A DNA stretch of 56,748 nucleotides from an uncultured Mycobacterium sp. (GTDB lineage Bacteria; Actinomycetota; Actinomycetes; Mycobacteriales; Mycobacteriaceae). The translations under genes were made by a program, and so were the position numbers. The notes under the pieces are model-generated. The model had not been told where the DNA came from and did not search any database. It was given only the letters and a program-made list of their open reading frames with translations. This document shows positions 21,939 to 32,507 of the stretch, piece by piece; positions within the stretch are counted from its first letter, which is position 1, and each line of letters starts with the position of its first letter. Where the stretch lies: NCBI GenBank assembly GCA_964527015.1, contig CAZGPT010000002.1, positions 1 through 56,748 on the forward strand. The letters run 5' to 3'.

Positions 21939-24900
21939 CGGGCTACCTCCTCGTGATCCAACGCCGTTATATCGTCCAACGCCGTCACATCGATCTCCCC
22001 CTTGGGCCGGCCGTCGAGTGCGAGTAGCAGATCGACGGCCATCTGCACGAGTTCCAGATCGCGGATCCGGGGGGCGCCCACAGCGTCGGTGGCCCGTGGG
22101 ATGGGCACCTGAACCGCTGAGGTAGTGGCTCGGTAGCGGGCCGCGGGGTACATCCGCGCCAGCCGAACCTGCGCGGAGTCGGCCAGGGTCAGCGGCGCAA
22201 CCCGCAACGTCGCCGCCGAACCCGTCGCGGTGGCGGCCAGTTCAGTGACGCCGTAGTGGCGGCACAGCAGGCGCAGCCGAGCCACCGCGACCAGGCGCCG
22301 GGCTGGCTCGGGCAGCGGGCCGTAGCGGTCGACGAGTTCGTCGATCACCGCGGTGACGGCTACCTCGTCCGCCGCCGAGGCCAACCTCCGGTAGCCCTCA
22401 AGCCTCAGCCGGTCGCTGCCGATGTAGTCCGGGGGCAGGTGCGCATCGACCGGCAGGTCGATGCGCACGTCTTTTGTCTCCTCGGCGGTCGTCACCGTCT
22501 TACCGTCGGCCGCCGCTCGATACGCCTCGACGGCCTCCCCGACCAACCGGACGTACAGATCGAAGCCGACGCCCGCCACGTGGCCGGACTGCTCGGCGCC
22601 CAGGACGTTACCGGCACCGCGAATCTCCAAGTCCTTCAACGCAACCGCCATACCGGCACCGAGTTCGTTGTTCTGCGCGATCGTCGCCAGCCGGTCGTGG
22701 GCGGTCTCGGTCAGCGGGGTGTCCCGCGGGTAGAGGAAGTAAGCGTAACCGCGCTCCCGGCTGCGGCCGACCCGGCCGCGAAGCTGATGCAGCTGGGACA
22801 GGCCGAACGTGTCGGCCCGCTCCACGATGAGGGTGTTGGCGTTGGAGATGTCCAGCCCGGTCTCCACGATCGTGGTGCAGACCAGGATGTCGTACTCTCG
22901 GTTCCAGAAACCCTGCACGGTGCTCTCGAGCGTTTCCTCCGGCATCTGGCCGTGCGCCACGGCAACCCGCGCCTCGGGAACCAAGCCGCGGACCCGGGCG
23001 GCGGCCTGGTCGATGGTGCGCACCCGGTTGTGAACGTAGAACACCTGCCCATCACGCAGCAGCTCACGGCGAAGCGCTGCGGCGACCTGCTTCTCGTCGT
23101 GCGGGCCGACGTAGGTCAGCACCGGATAGCGCTCTTCGGGCGGGGTGAGGATGGTCGACATCTCCCGGATACCGGCCAGGCTCATCTCCAGCGTGCGCGG
23201 AATCGGGGTGGCGCTCATGGTGAGCACGTCGACGTGGGTGCGCAATGCCTTGATGTGCTCCTTGTGCTCGACTCCGAAACGCTGCTCCTCATCGACCACC
23301 ACCAACCCGAGGTTCTTCCAACGCACGCCCGTCTGCAGCAGCCGGTGGGTGCCGATGACGATGTCCACCCCGCCGTCGGCCATACCCGCGACGATCGCCT
23401 TGGACTCAGCCGGGTCGGTGAACCGCGACAGTCCCTTGACCGTCACCGGGAAGCCGGCCATCCGCTCGGTGAAGGTCTGCAGATGCTGATCGGCCAGCAG
23501 AGTGGTGGGAACCAGCACGGCGACCTGCCTGCCGTCCTGCACGGCCTTGAACGCCGCCCGCACGGCGATCTCGGTCTTGCCGTAGCCCACGTCGCCACAC
23601 ACCACGCGGTCCATCGGGACGGGTTTTTCCATATCGGACTTGACCTCCGAAATGGCGGTCAACTGATCGACGGTCTCGGTGAAGCCGAAAGCGTCCTCCA
23701 TTTCGGCCTGCCATGGGCTGTCCGGGGCGAAAGCGTGTCCGGGCGCCGCCTGCCGCTTGGCATAGAGCGCGACGAGTTCACCGGCGATCTCACGAACCGC
23801 CTTGCGGGCCTTGGTTTTCGTGTTAGCCCAATCGCTACCGCCGAGTTTACTCAGGGCCGGCTGCTCACCACCGACGTAGCGGGAGAGCTGATCGAGGGAA
23901 TCCATCGGAACGAACAGTTTGTCGGCCTGCTGGCCGCGCTTACCGGAGGCGTACTCCAGGGTCAGGTACTCCCGGCGAGCGCCGCCGACCGTGCGCTCCA
24001 CCATCTCGACGAACCGCCCGATGCCGTGCTGGTCATGCACCACCAGGTCGCCGGCGGTCAGCGCCAGCGGGTCGACGGTGTTGCGGCGGCGGGCGGCCAG
24101 CCGGCGGCCCTCGGGACCGGTGGCCCGGTTTCCGGTCAGGTCGGTCTCGGTGATCACCACCAGCTGTGCACCCGGAACCACGATCCCGTTGTGCAACGGA
24201 CCCTTCAGCACACCGACGACACCGGTCGCCGGTGGCTCACCGGGCTCGAGCAGCGCGGCGGGGGTGTCGTGTTCGGCGAGTTGTTCCACCACCCGTTGCG
24301 CGGTGCCGCTACCGGGCGCCACGACAGCGGCGAGTCCGCCGGTGGCCACGTGGGCGCGCAGCATGGCGAAGATCTCCTCCGCGCCGGACTGCTGACCGCG
24401 GGCCACCGGCGCGGACCGCACCTCAAGATCCACGGCACCATCCGAGGACAGCTGGCCGACCGTCCACCAGGGGTGGCCACCCGCGCGGGCAGCCGTCCGG
24501 ACCTCCTCGAGGCCGCGGAAGCCGGAACCGCCGAGTTGCTCGATGTCGATCGGGGCAGCTCCGCCGACGGCGGCCACCGACCAGGAGGCCTCCAGGAACT
24601 CCCGCCCGGTCTTGATCAGGTCAGCGGCACGGGTGCGGACCTTCTCCGGGTCGCACACCAGCACGGGGGTTCCGGCCGGCAGGTGATCGACCAGCAGCCC
24701 GAGATCGTCGGGCCGAAGAAGCGGCGCCAGCGCCTCCATACCCTCGACCGGAATCCCCTCCGCCAGTTGGGCCAGCATATCCGAGATGCCGCCGGTGACG
24801 GTGTTCTCCTCCCGAGGGGCATCGGCAGCCAATTGTGCTGCCCGGGAACGGACTTCCGGGGTGAGTAAAAGCTCCCGGCACGGGACCGCAACGACCACAC

Positions 24901-25603
24901 CGGCGTCGATCTCGGGGATGGAGCGCTGATCCGCGACGGCGAACATTCGCATTTCGCCGATCTCGTCGCCCCAGAACTCGACCCGCACCGGATGCTCGGC
25001 GGTGGGCGGGAAGATATCGAGGATGCCGCCGCGCACCGCGAACTCGCCGCGCCGGGCCACCATGTCGACCCGCACGTAGGCAAGCTCGACCAGCCGCGCC
25101 ACCAAACGACCGAAATCGAATTCAGCACCGGGAGCCAAGACCACTGGCTCGATATCGACCAGGTCGGCGGCCATCGGCTGCAAGAGCGACCGCACCGTCG
25201 CGACGACGACCTGTAACGGCAGCCCCAGCCGGTCATCGTCGGGGTGGGCCAGCCTGCGCAGCAACATCATCCGGGCGCCGACGGTGTCCACCCCGGGCGA
25301 CAAACGCTCATGCGGGAGTGTCTCCCAGGACGGGAACAACGCGGCCGCGCCGCCGTACACTCCACGCAGTTCGGCGGTGAGGTCATCAGCCTCCCGGCCG
25401 GTCGCGGTCACCACCAGGAGTGGGCCGTTGCGGGCCAGCGCGCATGCGGCGAAAAGTTGAGCGCTGACCGGGCCCACCACCGCCAACTCCCCGGGCCGAC
25501 GCGCGGCTCGGTCGGCGAGCCCGGCGAATGCCGGAGCGTTCAGCGCGATGTCGACGAGGCCCGCCAGAGGGGGTGGGGCGTGCCGGAGCAATTGTGCGGT
25601 CAT
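21935..25603 (-). CDS. mfd: Transcription-repair coupling factor Mfd
   Basis: CarD/RID domain, [33 protein letters not shown] and the TRCF C-terminal domain. Confidence 0.98.
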   Translation of the reverse strand: MTAQLLRHAPPPLAGLVDIALNAPAFAGLADRAARRPGELAVVGPVSAQLFAACALARNGPLLVVTATGREADDLTAELRGVYGGAAALFPSWETLPHERLSPGVDTVGARMMLLRRLAHPDDDRLGLPLQVVVATVRSLLQPMAADLVDIEPVVLAPGAEFDFGRLVARLVELAYVRVDMVARRGEFAVRGGILDIFPPTAEHPVRVEFWGDEIGEMRMFAVADQRSIPEIDAGVVVAVPCRELLLTPEVRSRAAQLAADAPREENTVTGGISDMLAQLAEGIPVEGMEALAPLLRPDDLGLLVDHLPAGTPVLVCDPEKVRTRAADLIKTGREFLEASWSVAAVGGAAPIDIEQLGGSGFRGLEEVRTAARAGGHPWWTVGQLSSDGAVDLEVRSAPVARGQQSGAEEIFAMLRAHVATGGLAAVVAPGSGTAQRVVEQLAEHDTPAALLEPGEPPATGVVGVLKGPLHNGIVVPGAQLVVITETDLTGNRATGPEGRRLAARRRNTVDPLALTAGDLVVHDQHGIGRFVEMVERTVGGARREYLTLEYASGKRGQQADKLFVPMDSLDQLSRYVGGEQPALSKLGGSDWANTKTKARKAVREIAGELVALYAKRQAAPGHAFAPDSPWQAEMEDAFGFTETVDQLTAISEVKSDMEKPVPMDRVVCGDVGYGKTEIAVRAAFKAVQDGRQVAVLVPTTLLADQHLQTFTERMAGFPVTVKGLSRFTDPAESKAIVAGMADGGVDIVIGTHRLLQTGVRWKNLGLVVVDEEQRFGVEHKEHIKALRTHVDVLTMSATPIPRTLEMSLAGIREMSTILTPPEERYPVLTYVGPHDEKQVAAALRRELLRDGQVFYVHNRVRTIDQAAARVRGLVPEARVAVAHGQMPEETLESTVQGFWNREYDILVCTTIVETGLDISNANTLIVERADTFGLSQLHQLRGRVGRSRERGYAYFLYPRDTPLTETAHDRLATIAQNNELGAGMAVALKDLEIRGAGNVLGAEQSGHVAGVGFDLYVRLVGEAVEAYRAAADGKTVTTAEETKDVRIDLPVDAHLPPDYIGSDRLRLEGYRRLASAADEVAVTAVIDELVDRYGPLPEPARRLVAVARLRLLCRHYGVTELAATATGSAATLRVAPLTLADSAQVRLARMYPAARYRATTSAVQVPIPRATDAVGAPRIRDLELVQMAVDLLLALDGRPKGEIDVTALDDITALDHEEVAR
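21957..21992 (-). repeat. Imperfect 18-bp tandem duplication in the mfd C-terminus ([12 protein letters not shown])
   Basis: TCCAACGCCGTTATATCG / TCCAACGCCGTCACATCG. Confidence 0.8.
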
Positions 25604-25675
25604 GGTGATGTCATCCTAGATAGCGACGCAGAAAACCCTGTGGCGGACGGAGATTCGCGTGATGGCTACTTTCTT

Positions 25676-26311
25676 TTAATCCCCCTGCAACTGCGGGTCG
25701 ACCTCGAGGTTGATCAAGCCGTTCCACATCATGTTCACCAGATGGGCGGCCACCACCTCTTTTTTGGGCTCCCGCGCGTCCACCCACCACTGGGCCGTCA
25801 TGGTCACCGACCCCACCAACGCCTGGGCGTAGAGCGGAGCCAGCTCGGGGTCGAGCCCGCGGCGGGTGAAGTCACCGGCCAGGATCGAGGCCACCTGGTT
25901 GACGGCATCGTTGATCAGGCTGGAGTAGGTGCCCGAACTGATCGCTGCCGGAGAGTCCCGCAGTAGCAGGCGGAAGCCGTCGGTGCGCTCCTCGACATAG
26001 GTCAGCAAGGCCAGCACCACCCGTTCGACCCGGGGACGGTATCGGTTGTTGGTCAGCGACGAGGTGATGCCGTCCAGCAGCGCCGACATCTCTCGGTCGA
26101 CGACCACCGCGTACAGACCCTCCTTGCCGCCGAAATGCTCGTAGACCACCGGTTTGGACACCCCGGCGCGCTGGGCGACTTCCTCGATGGAGGTGCTTTC
26201 GTAACCGCGTTCGGCAAACAGAGAACGAGCGATATTGATCAACTGGTGACGGCGTTCGCTGCCGGTCATCCGGACCCGTGGTGGCCGCTGCCGGCTCTCG
26301 GATGCTGCCAC
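25676..26311 (-). CDS. TetR/AcrR family regulator (Rv1019-like)
   Basis: HTH FAERGYESTSIEEVAQRAGVSKPVVYEHFGGKEGL. Syntenic position. Confidence 0.92.
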   Translation of the reverse strand: MAASESRQRPPRVRMTGSERRHQLINIARSLFAERGYESTSIEEVAQRAGVSKPVVYEHFGGKEGLYAVVVDREMSALLDGITSSLTNNRYRPRVERVVLALLTYVEERTDGFRLLLRDSPAAISSGTYSSLINDAVNQVASILAGDFTRRGLDPELAPLYAQALVGSVTMTAQWWVDAREPKKEVVAAHLVNMMWNGLINLEVDPQLQGD

Positions 26312-26354
26312 GGCTATCAGGGTACCCAGGTGGACTACAGTCTTGGACGGGCGA

Positions 26355-26426
26355 TCCGCCGTGGTGTAATAGGCAGCACGTCTGATTTTGGTTCAGATAG
26401 TTCAGGTTCGAGTCCTGGCGGCGGAG
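26355..26426 (+). tRNA. glnT: tRNA-Gln (anticodon TTG), 72 nt
   Basis: TCCGCCG/CGGCGGA acceptor stem; anticodon arm TCTGA-TTTTGGT-TCAGA; T-arm CAGG-TTCGAGT-CCTG. Confidence 0.95.
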
Positions 26427-26543
26427 CGGAAACGAGGCTCACCCAGCGACCATGGCGGGCGCGGCGCAGCCCCGTGATCTCGTCGCCGCGACATTTCGTG
26501 CCGCGACCGTGCGGGTCTCGTCGCCACGGCGGCCGACCACGTC

Positions 26544-26576
26544 GGACATCGCACACTGGGACATCGCACACTGGGA
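26544..26576 (+). repeat. Perfect 15-bp tandem duplication GGACATCGCACACTG x2.2 running into the glmU RBS
   Basis: 26544-26558 and 26559-26573, then GGAGG. Confidence 0.9.
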
Positions 26577-26582
26577 GGCCGG

Positions 26583-28046
26583 ATGACCATTGCGAGTGAC
26601 TCCGCGGTGCTGGTGCTGGCCGCCGGCGCCGGCACCCGGATGCGGTCGGACACCCCGAAGGTTCTTCATGCCCTCGGCGGACGCAGCATGCTCTCGCACG
26701 CACTGCACGCCCTCGCCGAAGTTGACCCCCGGCACCTGGTGGTGGTGCTGGGTAAGGACCGTGAACGTATCGCCCCGGTGGTCGGCGAGCTTGCGGCCGG
26801 CCTCGGCCGCGCGATCGACATCGCCGTACAGGACCGCCAGCTCGGGACAGGGCACGCGGCGCTGTGCGGATTGTCGGCACTGCCGGCCGACTTCGGCGGC
26901 GTGGTCGTGGTCACTTCGGGCGATATCCCACTGCTCGATGCCGACACCCTGGCCGACCTGGTTGCCACCCACCGCAGTGGGCCGGCCGCGGTAACGGTGC
27001 TGACCACAACAGTGGCGGACTCGACCGGCTACGGTCGCATTCTGCGCACCCAGGACGGCGAGGTCATCGCGATCGTCGAGGAGACCGACGCCACTCCGCA
27101 GCAGCGGGCCATCCGGGAGATCAACGCCGGAATCTACGCCTTCGATATCGCCGAACTGCGCTCTGCGGTGGGACGGCTGTCGTCGGACAACGCCCAGCAC
27201 GAGTTGTACCTCACCGATGTCATCTCCATCGTGCGCGCCGACGGACGCGTGGTGCACGCCAAACATGTCGACGACGCGGCCGTCGTCGCCGGCGTGAACG
27301 ACCGGGTACAACTGTCCGACCTCGCCGCCGAGTTGAACCGTCGCATCGTCGCCGCACATCAGCGGGCCGGAGTCACCGTGATCGACCCGGCCTCCACCTG
27401 GATCGACGTCGATGTGTCGATCGGCCGCGACACCATCGTGCAGCCGGGAAGCCAACTGCTCGGCGGTACCCGAATCGGAGCGCGCTGCCGGATCGGCCCG
27501 GACACCACCCTCACCGATGTTCACGTCGGCGACGAGGCCTCGGTGGTCCGCACCCACGGCAGCGAAGCGGTCATCGACGCGCGTGCCAACGTCGGGCCGT
27601 TCACATTCCTGCGGCCCGGCACCCGACTGGGCGCCGACGGCAAGCTCGGGGCTTTCGTCGAGACCAAGAACGCCTCGATCGGCGCCGGCACCAAGGTGCC
27701 GCACCTGACCTATGTCGGCGACGCCGACATCGGCGACTACAGCAACATCGGGGCATCCAGCGTCTTCGTCAACTTCGACGGCGAGACCAAGAGCAGGACC
27801 ACCGTCGGATCTCACGTACGAACCGGCAGCGACACCATGTTCGTCGCGCCGGTCACCATCGGTGACGGTGCCTATACCGGCGCCGGCACGGTGGTGCGCG
27901 GGGATGTGCCGCCCGGTGCACTGGCGATCTCGGCGGGACAGCAACGGATCATTGAAGACTGGGTGCTGCACCATCGGCCAGACAGCGACTCCGCCCGCGC
28001 GGCCGCCCGGGCGAAAGCCGGGACGAGCGACCCCGAACAGCTCTGA
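26583..28046 (+). CDS. glmU: Bifunctional UDP-GlcNAc pyrophosphorylase/glucosamine-1-P acetyltransferase
   Basis: [24 protein letters not shown], hexapeptide repeats and HLTYVGDA. Confidence 0.97.
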   Translation: MTIASDSAVLVLAAGAGTRMRSDTPKVLHALGGRSMLSHALHALAEVDPRHLVVVLGKDRERIAPVVGELAAGLGRAIDIAVQDRQLGTGHAALCGLSALPADFGGVVVVTSGDIPLLDADTLADLVATHRSGPAAVTVLTTTVADSTGYGRILRTQDGEVIAIVEETDATPQQRAIREINAGIYAFDIAELRSAVGRLSSDNAQHELYLTDVISIVRADGRVVHAKHVDDAAVVAGVNDRVQLSDLAAELNRRIVAAHQRAGVTVIDPASTWIDVDVSIGRDTIVQPGSQLLGGTRIGARCRIGPDTTLTDVHVGDEASVVRTHGSEAVIDARANVGPFTFLRPGTRLGADGKLGAFVETKNASIGAGTKVPHLTYVGDADIGDYSNIGASSVFVNFDGETKSRTTVGSHVRTGSDTMFVAPVTIGDGAYTGAGTVVRGDVPPGALAISAGQQRIIEDWVLHHRPDSDSARAAARAKAGTSDPEQL

Positions 28047-28106
28047 GGACGGCCGCGCACCGTACGATGAGCCGCGTACCGACCCCCGACCGGCAAGGGC
28101 AGCGCA

Positions 28107-29087
28107 GTGGGAACCGAGTGGATTGACAACCGCAAGAACCTGATGCTGTTCTCAGGTCGCGCACACCCTGAACTGGCCGAGCAGGTCGCCAAGGAGCTCG
28201 ACCTCCACGTCACGGCCCAGACGGCCCGCGATTTCGCCAACGGTGAGATCTTCGTCCGGTTCGACGAATCCGTACGCGGCTGCGACGCGTTCGTGTTGCA
28301 GTCCCACCCGGCGCCGCTGAACAAGTGGTTGATGGAACAGCTGATCATGATCGACGCGCTCAAGCGCGGCAGCGCCAAGCGGATCACCGCGATCTTGCCG
28401 TTCTATCCCTACGCCCGCCAGGATAAGAAGCACCGGGGCCGCGAGCCGATCTCCGCCCGACTGGTCGCCGATCTGTTCAAAACCGCCGGTGCCGACCGGA
28501 TCGTGTCAGTGGACCTGCACACCGACCAGATCCAGGGGTTCTTCGACGGACCGGTGGACCACATGCGGGGACAGAACCTGCTCACCGGCTACATCAGGGA
28601 CAACTACGCCTGCGAGAACATCGTGGTGGTCTCCCCCGACTCCGGCCGAGTGCGGGTCGCCGAGAAGTGGGCCGACGCACTCGGCGGCGCCCCACTGGCT
28701 TTCATCCACAAGACCCGCGACCCCCGAGTACCCAACCAGGTGGTGTCGAACCGGGTTGTCGGCGAGGTGGCAGACAAGACCTGTGTGCTGACCGACGACA
28801 TGATCGACACCGGCGGCACCATCGCCGGCGCGGTGAAACTTCTGCGCGATGACGGGGCCGCCGACGTCATCATCGCGGCGACCCACGGGGTGCTGTCCGA
28901 CCCGGCAGCCGAACGCCTGGCCGCCAGCGGCGCCCGCGAGGTGATCGTCACCAACACCCTGCCGATCGACGATTCGAAACGTTTCCCGCAGCTGACCGTG
29001 CTGTCCATCGCCCCTCTGCTGGCCAGCACGATCCGCGCAGTATTCGACAACGGTTCGGTGACGGGTCTTTTCGACGGGGACGCGTAG
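28107..29087 (+). CDS. prs: Ribose-phosphate pyrophosphokinase
   Basis: FANGE, YARQDKK, VDLH, VSPD.G and DDMIDTGGT motifs. Confidence 0.97.
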   Translation: MGTEWIDNRKNLMLFSGRAHPELAEQVAKELDLHVTAQTARDFANGEIFVRFDESVRGCDAFVLQSHPAPLNKWLMEQLIMIDALKRGSAKRITAILPFYPYARQDKKHRGREPISARLVADLFKTAGADRIVSVDLHTDQIQGFFDGPVDHMRGQNLLTGYIRDNYACENIVVVSPDSGRVRVAEKWADALGGAPLAFIHKTRDPRVPNQVVSNRVVGEVADKTCVLTDDMIDTGGTIAGAVKLLRDDGAADVIIAATHGVLSDPAAERLAASGAREVIVTNTLPIDDSKRFPQLTVLSIAPLLASTIRAVFDNGSVTGLFDGDA

Positions 29088-29099
29088 ATCAATCCTCCG

Positions 29100-29765
29100 A
29101 TGAAAAATGCTGCTCGACGCCGATGGACCGCGGTTGGCGCCCTTGCCACGGCCGTCGTGGCCGTTGTGGCCGTCGGATGTCAAGCTCACACCGCGGACTA
29201 CTCCTCGTTCGCGACGACCAGTCCGCGCAGCACCACCGAGAGCACTCCGACCAGCCCCACCCCGATCGCCCAGTACCTGGCCGGCGTAGGCGTCACCGGC
29301 GAGCAACTGCCGCTGGACGAACTGACCGATCTCACCGTGACCTTGCCGCGGCCGCCGGGCTGGAGCACCTACGCGAACCCGAACTTCTCCCCCGGCACCG
29401 AGGCGATCGCCAAGGACAACACCTATCCGACGGCGTTGGTCATGGTCTTCAAACTGGACGGGAACTTCGACGTGGCCGAGGCGCTCGAACATGCCGACGA
29501 CGACGCCGAGCTGACCACGAACTTCACCCGGCTGAACTCCTCGGACGCCGACTTCGACGGCTTCCCGTCGGCGATGATCGAAGGCAGCTACGACAGCGGC
29601 GAGACCCGGCTGCACGCCTACAACCGCATCGTCGTCCCGGTGACGGCCGATTTCGATCGCTATCTGGTGCAGTTCACCGTGACCACACTGGCCGACAAGG
29701 CGGCGGCCCAGGCTCCGGACGTCCTCAAAGTAATCGAGGGTTTCTCCGTCAAGGTCACGCAGTGA
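29100..29765 (+). CDS. lpqT: LpqN/LpqT family lipoprotein
   Basis: Lipobox AVGC and Ser/Thr/Pro linker; P.PPGW, F.GFPS.MIEGSY and YLVQFTVT motifs. Syntenic position. Confidence 0.8.
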   Translation: MKNAARRRWTAVGALATAVVAVVAVGCQAHTADYSSFATTSPRSTTESTPTSPTPIAQYLAGVGVTGEQLPLDELTDLTVTLPRPPGWSTYANPNFSPGTEAIAKDNTYPTALVMVFKLDGNFDVAEALEHADDDAELTTNFTRLNSSDADFDGFPSAMIEGSYDSGETRLHAYNRIVVPVTADFDRYLVQFTVTTLADKAAAQAPDVLKVIEGFSVKVTQ

Positions 29766-29847
29766 CGCGGGTTCACTCCCGCGACCGTGCTGTGATCTCC
29801 ATCGAATTTCCGCCCTGGCGCACCGTCGGCTACTCTTAAGCCCGCGT

Positions 29848-29910
29848 CACGGCGAGGGTGGACGGCCACCGTTATCGACGAGGCCCGGGGTGATCCCCGC
29901 CTTCGCCGTG
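29848..29910 (+). ncRNA. Putative structured 5' leader of rplY (candidate L25 autoregulatory RNA)
   Basis: Outer stem CACGGCGAGG/CTTCGCCGTG encloses hairpins GGTGG-ACGG-CCACC and CGGGG-TGAT-CCCCG. Starts just after a -10-like TACTCT (29831-29836). Confidence 0.5.
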
Positions 29911-29944
29911 CATGATGACCCACCGAAGGCAGGAGTGATCGACG

Positions 29945-30601
29945 ATGGCCGACAGCGCCACCACCAATAAGCTCGTCGTTGCGGTTCGCACCACCACCGG
30001 CAAGGGTGCTTCGCGTCGCGCCCGACGGGAGGGCAAGGTCCCCGCGGTGCTATACGGCCACGGCAGCGAACCCCAGCACCTCGAACTCAACGCCCGGGAC
30101 TTCGGCGCGGTCCTGCGCAACTCAGGAACCAACGCCATCCTTGCTCTGGACATCAACGGCGAGGAGCAGTTGGCGCTGACCAAGGCCCTTGCCCTGCACC
30201 CGATCCGGCGCAGCATCACCCACGCGGACCTGATCATCGTGCGTCGCGGCGAAAAGGTGACGGTCGAGGTTCAGGTCATCATCGAGGGCGAGGCCGCATC
30301 CGGCACCCTGGTGACTCAGGATGCCAACACGATCGAGATCGAGGCCGAGGCCATGTCGATCCCGGAGGAACTCTCGGTGTCGGTGGAAGGCGCCGAGGAG
30401 GGCACCCGGATTTTGGCCGGCCAGCTCGACCTGCCCGCCGGCGTCAGCCTGATCAGCGACCCGGAGACGCTGGTGGTCAATATTGTCGAGGCCCCGTCCG
30501 CTGCGGATCTCGAGTCCGAGGGTGGCGGCGAATCACTTGAGGAGCAGGCCGCCGACGCTGCCGCCGCCGCGGGCGAGCAGGCTGAGTCCGAGGCCCAGTA
30601 G
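29945..30601 (+). CDS. rplY: 50S ribosomal protein L25 / general stress protein Ctc
   Basis: [22 protein letters not shown] and HP...ITHAD motifs; acidic tail; AGGAG RBS. Confidence 0.96.
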   Translation: MADSATTNKLVVAVRTTTGKGASRRARREGKVPAVLYGHGSEPQHLELNARDFGAVLRNSGTNAILALDINGEEQLALTKALALHPIRRSITHADLIIVRRGEKVTVEVQVIIEGEAASGTLVTQDANTIEIEAEAMSIPEELSVSVEGAEEGTRILAGQLDLPAGVSLISDPETLVVNIVEAPSAADLESEGGGESLEEQAADAAAAAGEQAESEAQ

Positions 30602-30607
30602 GGCCCG

Positions 30608-31183
30608 GTGGCCGAGCCGCTGCTGGTCGTCGGCCTGGGCAACCCCGGACCGCAATACACCAAGACCCGGCACAATGTCGGCTTCATGGTTGCCGACGTG
30701 CTCGCCACACGAATAGGCGGGGCGTTCAAGGCACACAAGCGGTCCGGTGCCGAAGTTCTCACCGGACGGCTGGGGCACCGGTCGGTCGTGCTCGCCAAAC
30801 CGCGGTGCTATATGAACGAATCGGGGCGTCAGGTGGGTCCGCTGGCACAGTTCTACTCGGTGCCGGCAGCCGACGTCATCGTCATCCACGATGAACTCGA
30901 CATCGACTTCGGCCGGGTGCGGCTGAAATTAGGCGGTGGAGAGGGCGGCCACAACGGTTTACGTTCGGTGGCGAATGCTCTGGGCTCCAAGGACTTTCAG
31001 CGGATTCGCATTGGTATCGGGCGTCCGCCGGGGCGCAAGGAACCGGCGGCTTACGTCCTCGAGCCATTCAGTTCGGCCGAGCGCCGGGAGGTCCCGACCA
31101 TCTGCGAGTTGGCCGCCGATGCGACGGAGATGCTGATCGAGGCGGGTCTGGAGACCGCCCAGAATCAGGTGCACGCCTGGTAA
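30608..31183 (+). CDS. pth: Peptidyl-tRNA hydrolase
   Basis: VGLGNPG..Y..TRHNVG, YMNESG, HDELD and GGHNGLRS motifs. Confidence 0.97.
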   Translation: MAEPLLVVGLGNPGPQYTKTRHNVGFMVADVLATRIGGAFKAHKRSGAEVLTGRLGHRSVVLAKPRCYMNESGRQVGPLAQFYSVPAADVIVIHDELDIDFGRVRLKLGGGEGGHNGLRSVANALGSKDFQRIRIGIGRPPGRKEPAAYVLEPFSSAERREVPTICELAADATEMLIEAGLETAQNQVHAW

Positions 31184-31234
31184 TCGCGGACCTGAAACCG
31201 GCCCCGCAAGTGCGCCCGGTGCAGCCGAGCGGAA

Positions 31235-31462
31235 CTAACGGCGGCGACCGCCGGGCTGCCCCAGCCAGGGAATGGACGGCTGGTTGGCGGGGGGTGCGAC
31301 TGTGCCCGGTTTGGCCTTGATCGCCGTACTGCCACTGGTCCGGCAGGTCTTCGAAGTCCCGCTGTCCTGGCAGTCCGGCCGGGCGGCGGCAACCGGGGCC
31401 CATGTTCCCGCCACGACTATCAGACCTGCGACCAGCGCGGCTGATTTCGCGGGAGCCGTCAT
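31235..31462 (-). CDS. Small secreted protein (75 aa) with CX8C and Pro-rich tail
   Basis: Signal peptide ending AAA; near-identical organisation to 31614-31838. Confidence 0.75.
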   Translation of the reverse strand: MTAPAKSAALVAGLIVVAGTWAPVAAARPDCQDSGTSKTCRTSGSTAIKAKPGTVAPPANQPSIPWLGQPGGRRR

Positions 31463-31530
31463 AGTGCACTTCCCCTCTGGGGCTACCGCCCTAGTCGTGC
31501 CAATCGTATCGGTCCATACCCCTCCGCTGC

Positions 31531-31549
31531 GGGAGGCGTTGAGCCTCCC
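31531..31549. terminator. Hairpin GGGAGGC-GTTGA-GCCTCCC, possible terminator or attenuator between the paralogs
   Basis: Perfect 7-bp GC stem without a strong U tract. Confidence 0.4.
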
Positions 31550-31550
31550 C

Positions 31551-31617
31551 CAGACGAACAACCAATCAGACGAACAACTGATCAGACCACCGACCGCTCG
31601 GACGACCGAATCGTCAG
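31551..31617 (+). repeat. Four degenerate 16-bp tandem units
   Basis: CAGACGAACAACCAAT / CAGACGAACAACTGAT / CAGACCACCGACCGCT / CGGACGACCGAATCGT / CAG. Confidence 0.75.
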
Positions 31618-31838
31618 CGGCGCCGGCCAGGCATACCGAGCCACGGAATCATCGGCATATTGGCCGGTGGTGCCACCGTCCCCGGCCTGGCCTTGATCGA
31701 CACACTGCCGTTAGTCTGACAGACGGTCTTGGTCGCCGCGTCCTGGCATGTCGGGCGGGCCGCGGCATTCGGGGCGCACAGCCCCGCCGCAACGGCCAAG
31801 CCCACCAACAGTGTTGCCGCTTTGGCCGGGCTGCTCAT
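31614..31838 (-). CDS. Small secreted protein (74 aa) with CX8C, paralog of 31235-31462
   Basis: Shares AAARP.CQD.....C.T.GS..IKA.PGTVAPPAN.P.IPWLG.PG.RRR with its neighbour. Confidence 0.75.
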   Translation of the reverse strand: MSSPAKAATLLVGLAVAAGLCAPNAAARPTCQDAATKTVCQTNGSVSIKARPGTVAPPANMPMIPWLGMPGRRR

Positions 31839-31893
31839 AGTGTAGCTCACTTTCCGGGCGTCCGCCGGGGTCGCTGAACGCGGTGTGATCGGA

Positions 31894-32436
31894 TCACTCA
31901 TCGTTACAGTTCGACACGACGACGACCGCGTCGGGACCCTCGGGTGTGCCGTTGGCCTCGGCCCGACGGAGAGCATCCTGCTTGGCTTCCTCGACGGTCG
32001 CACCCGCGCCGCCGGCCACCACGTCGGTGGCATCTGAGGCTACCGAGACGATGCAGAGGTCATCGTTGGTGACCTCATCGGCGGTGCATTCCACCCCACC
32101 GGCATCCTGACAGGCCTTGATCACCGTCGCCGATGCCTCCTCGTTGGTCGCCCCACTGGCAACGAAACCGACGAGGGTGTTGGTGGCGGGATCGGAATCG
32201 CCTGCCGGGTCGAGGAACTCTCCGGTACCGACAGCGACCGAGGGGTCCTGGGGGTCGATGTACTTGCTGGGGTCGAATTCCGGAGCCTTGGTTTCGGGGG
32301 CCGAGGTTTCGGCGGCTGTGGTCTCGCTCGCCGTGGATTCCGCTGCGGGGGTTTCCGACTTGCTGCAACCTGAGACGGTTCCGCCGGCGAGCACACCCGC
32401 CGCCAAAACTGCCCACACCACACGCGATTTCGCCAT
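31894..32436 (-). CDS. Lipoprotein with DUF4189-like Cys-containing domain
   Basis: Lipobox VSGC, Ser/Thr/Glu linker and duplicated GAT.EEA...A/V...C helices with Cys residues. Confidence 0.65.
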   Translation of the reverse strand: MAKSRVVWAVLAAGVLAGGTVSGCSKSETPAAESTASETTAAETSAPETKAPEFDPSKYIDPQDPSVAVGTGEFLDPAGDSDPATNTLVGFVASGATNEEASATVIKACQDAGGVECTADEVTNDDLCIVSVASDATDVVAGGAGATVEEAKQDALRRAEANGTPEGPDAVVVVSNCNDE

Positions 32437-32507
32437 GCCGTCCTCTCCTCAGGGGGTCGCCCAGAGCGTACAAGATGGATGAGCCGCTCGCCAGGTGACG
32501 GTCAGGC

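Noticed and set aside
22256-24868. 870-aa ORF antisense to mfd, and similar long antisense ORFs over fadD14, eno, glmU, prs, ispE/rsmA, pat and MmpL
   Set aside because: Shadow ORFs expected from high-GC codon bias. They show no recognisable motifs and overlap well-supported genes.
31551-31617. Possible CRISPR array
   Set aside because: Contiguous 16-bp units with no spacers and no cas genes.
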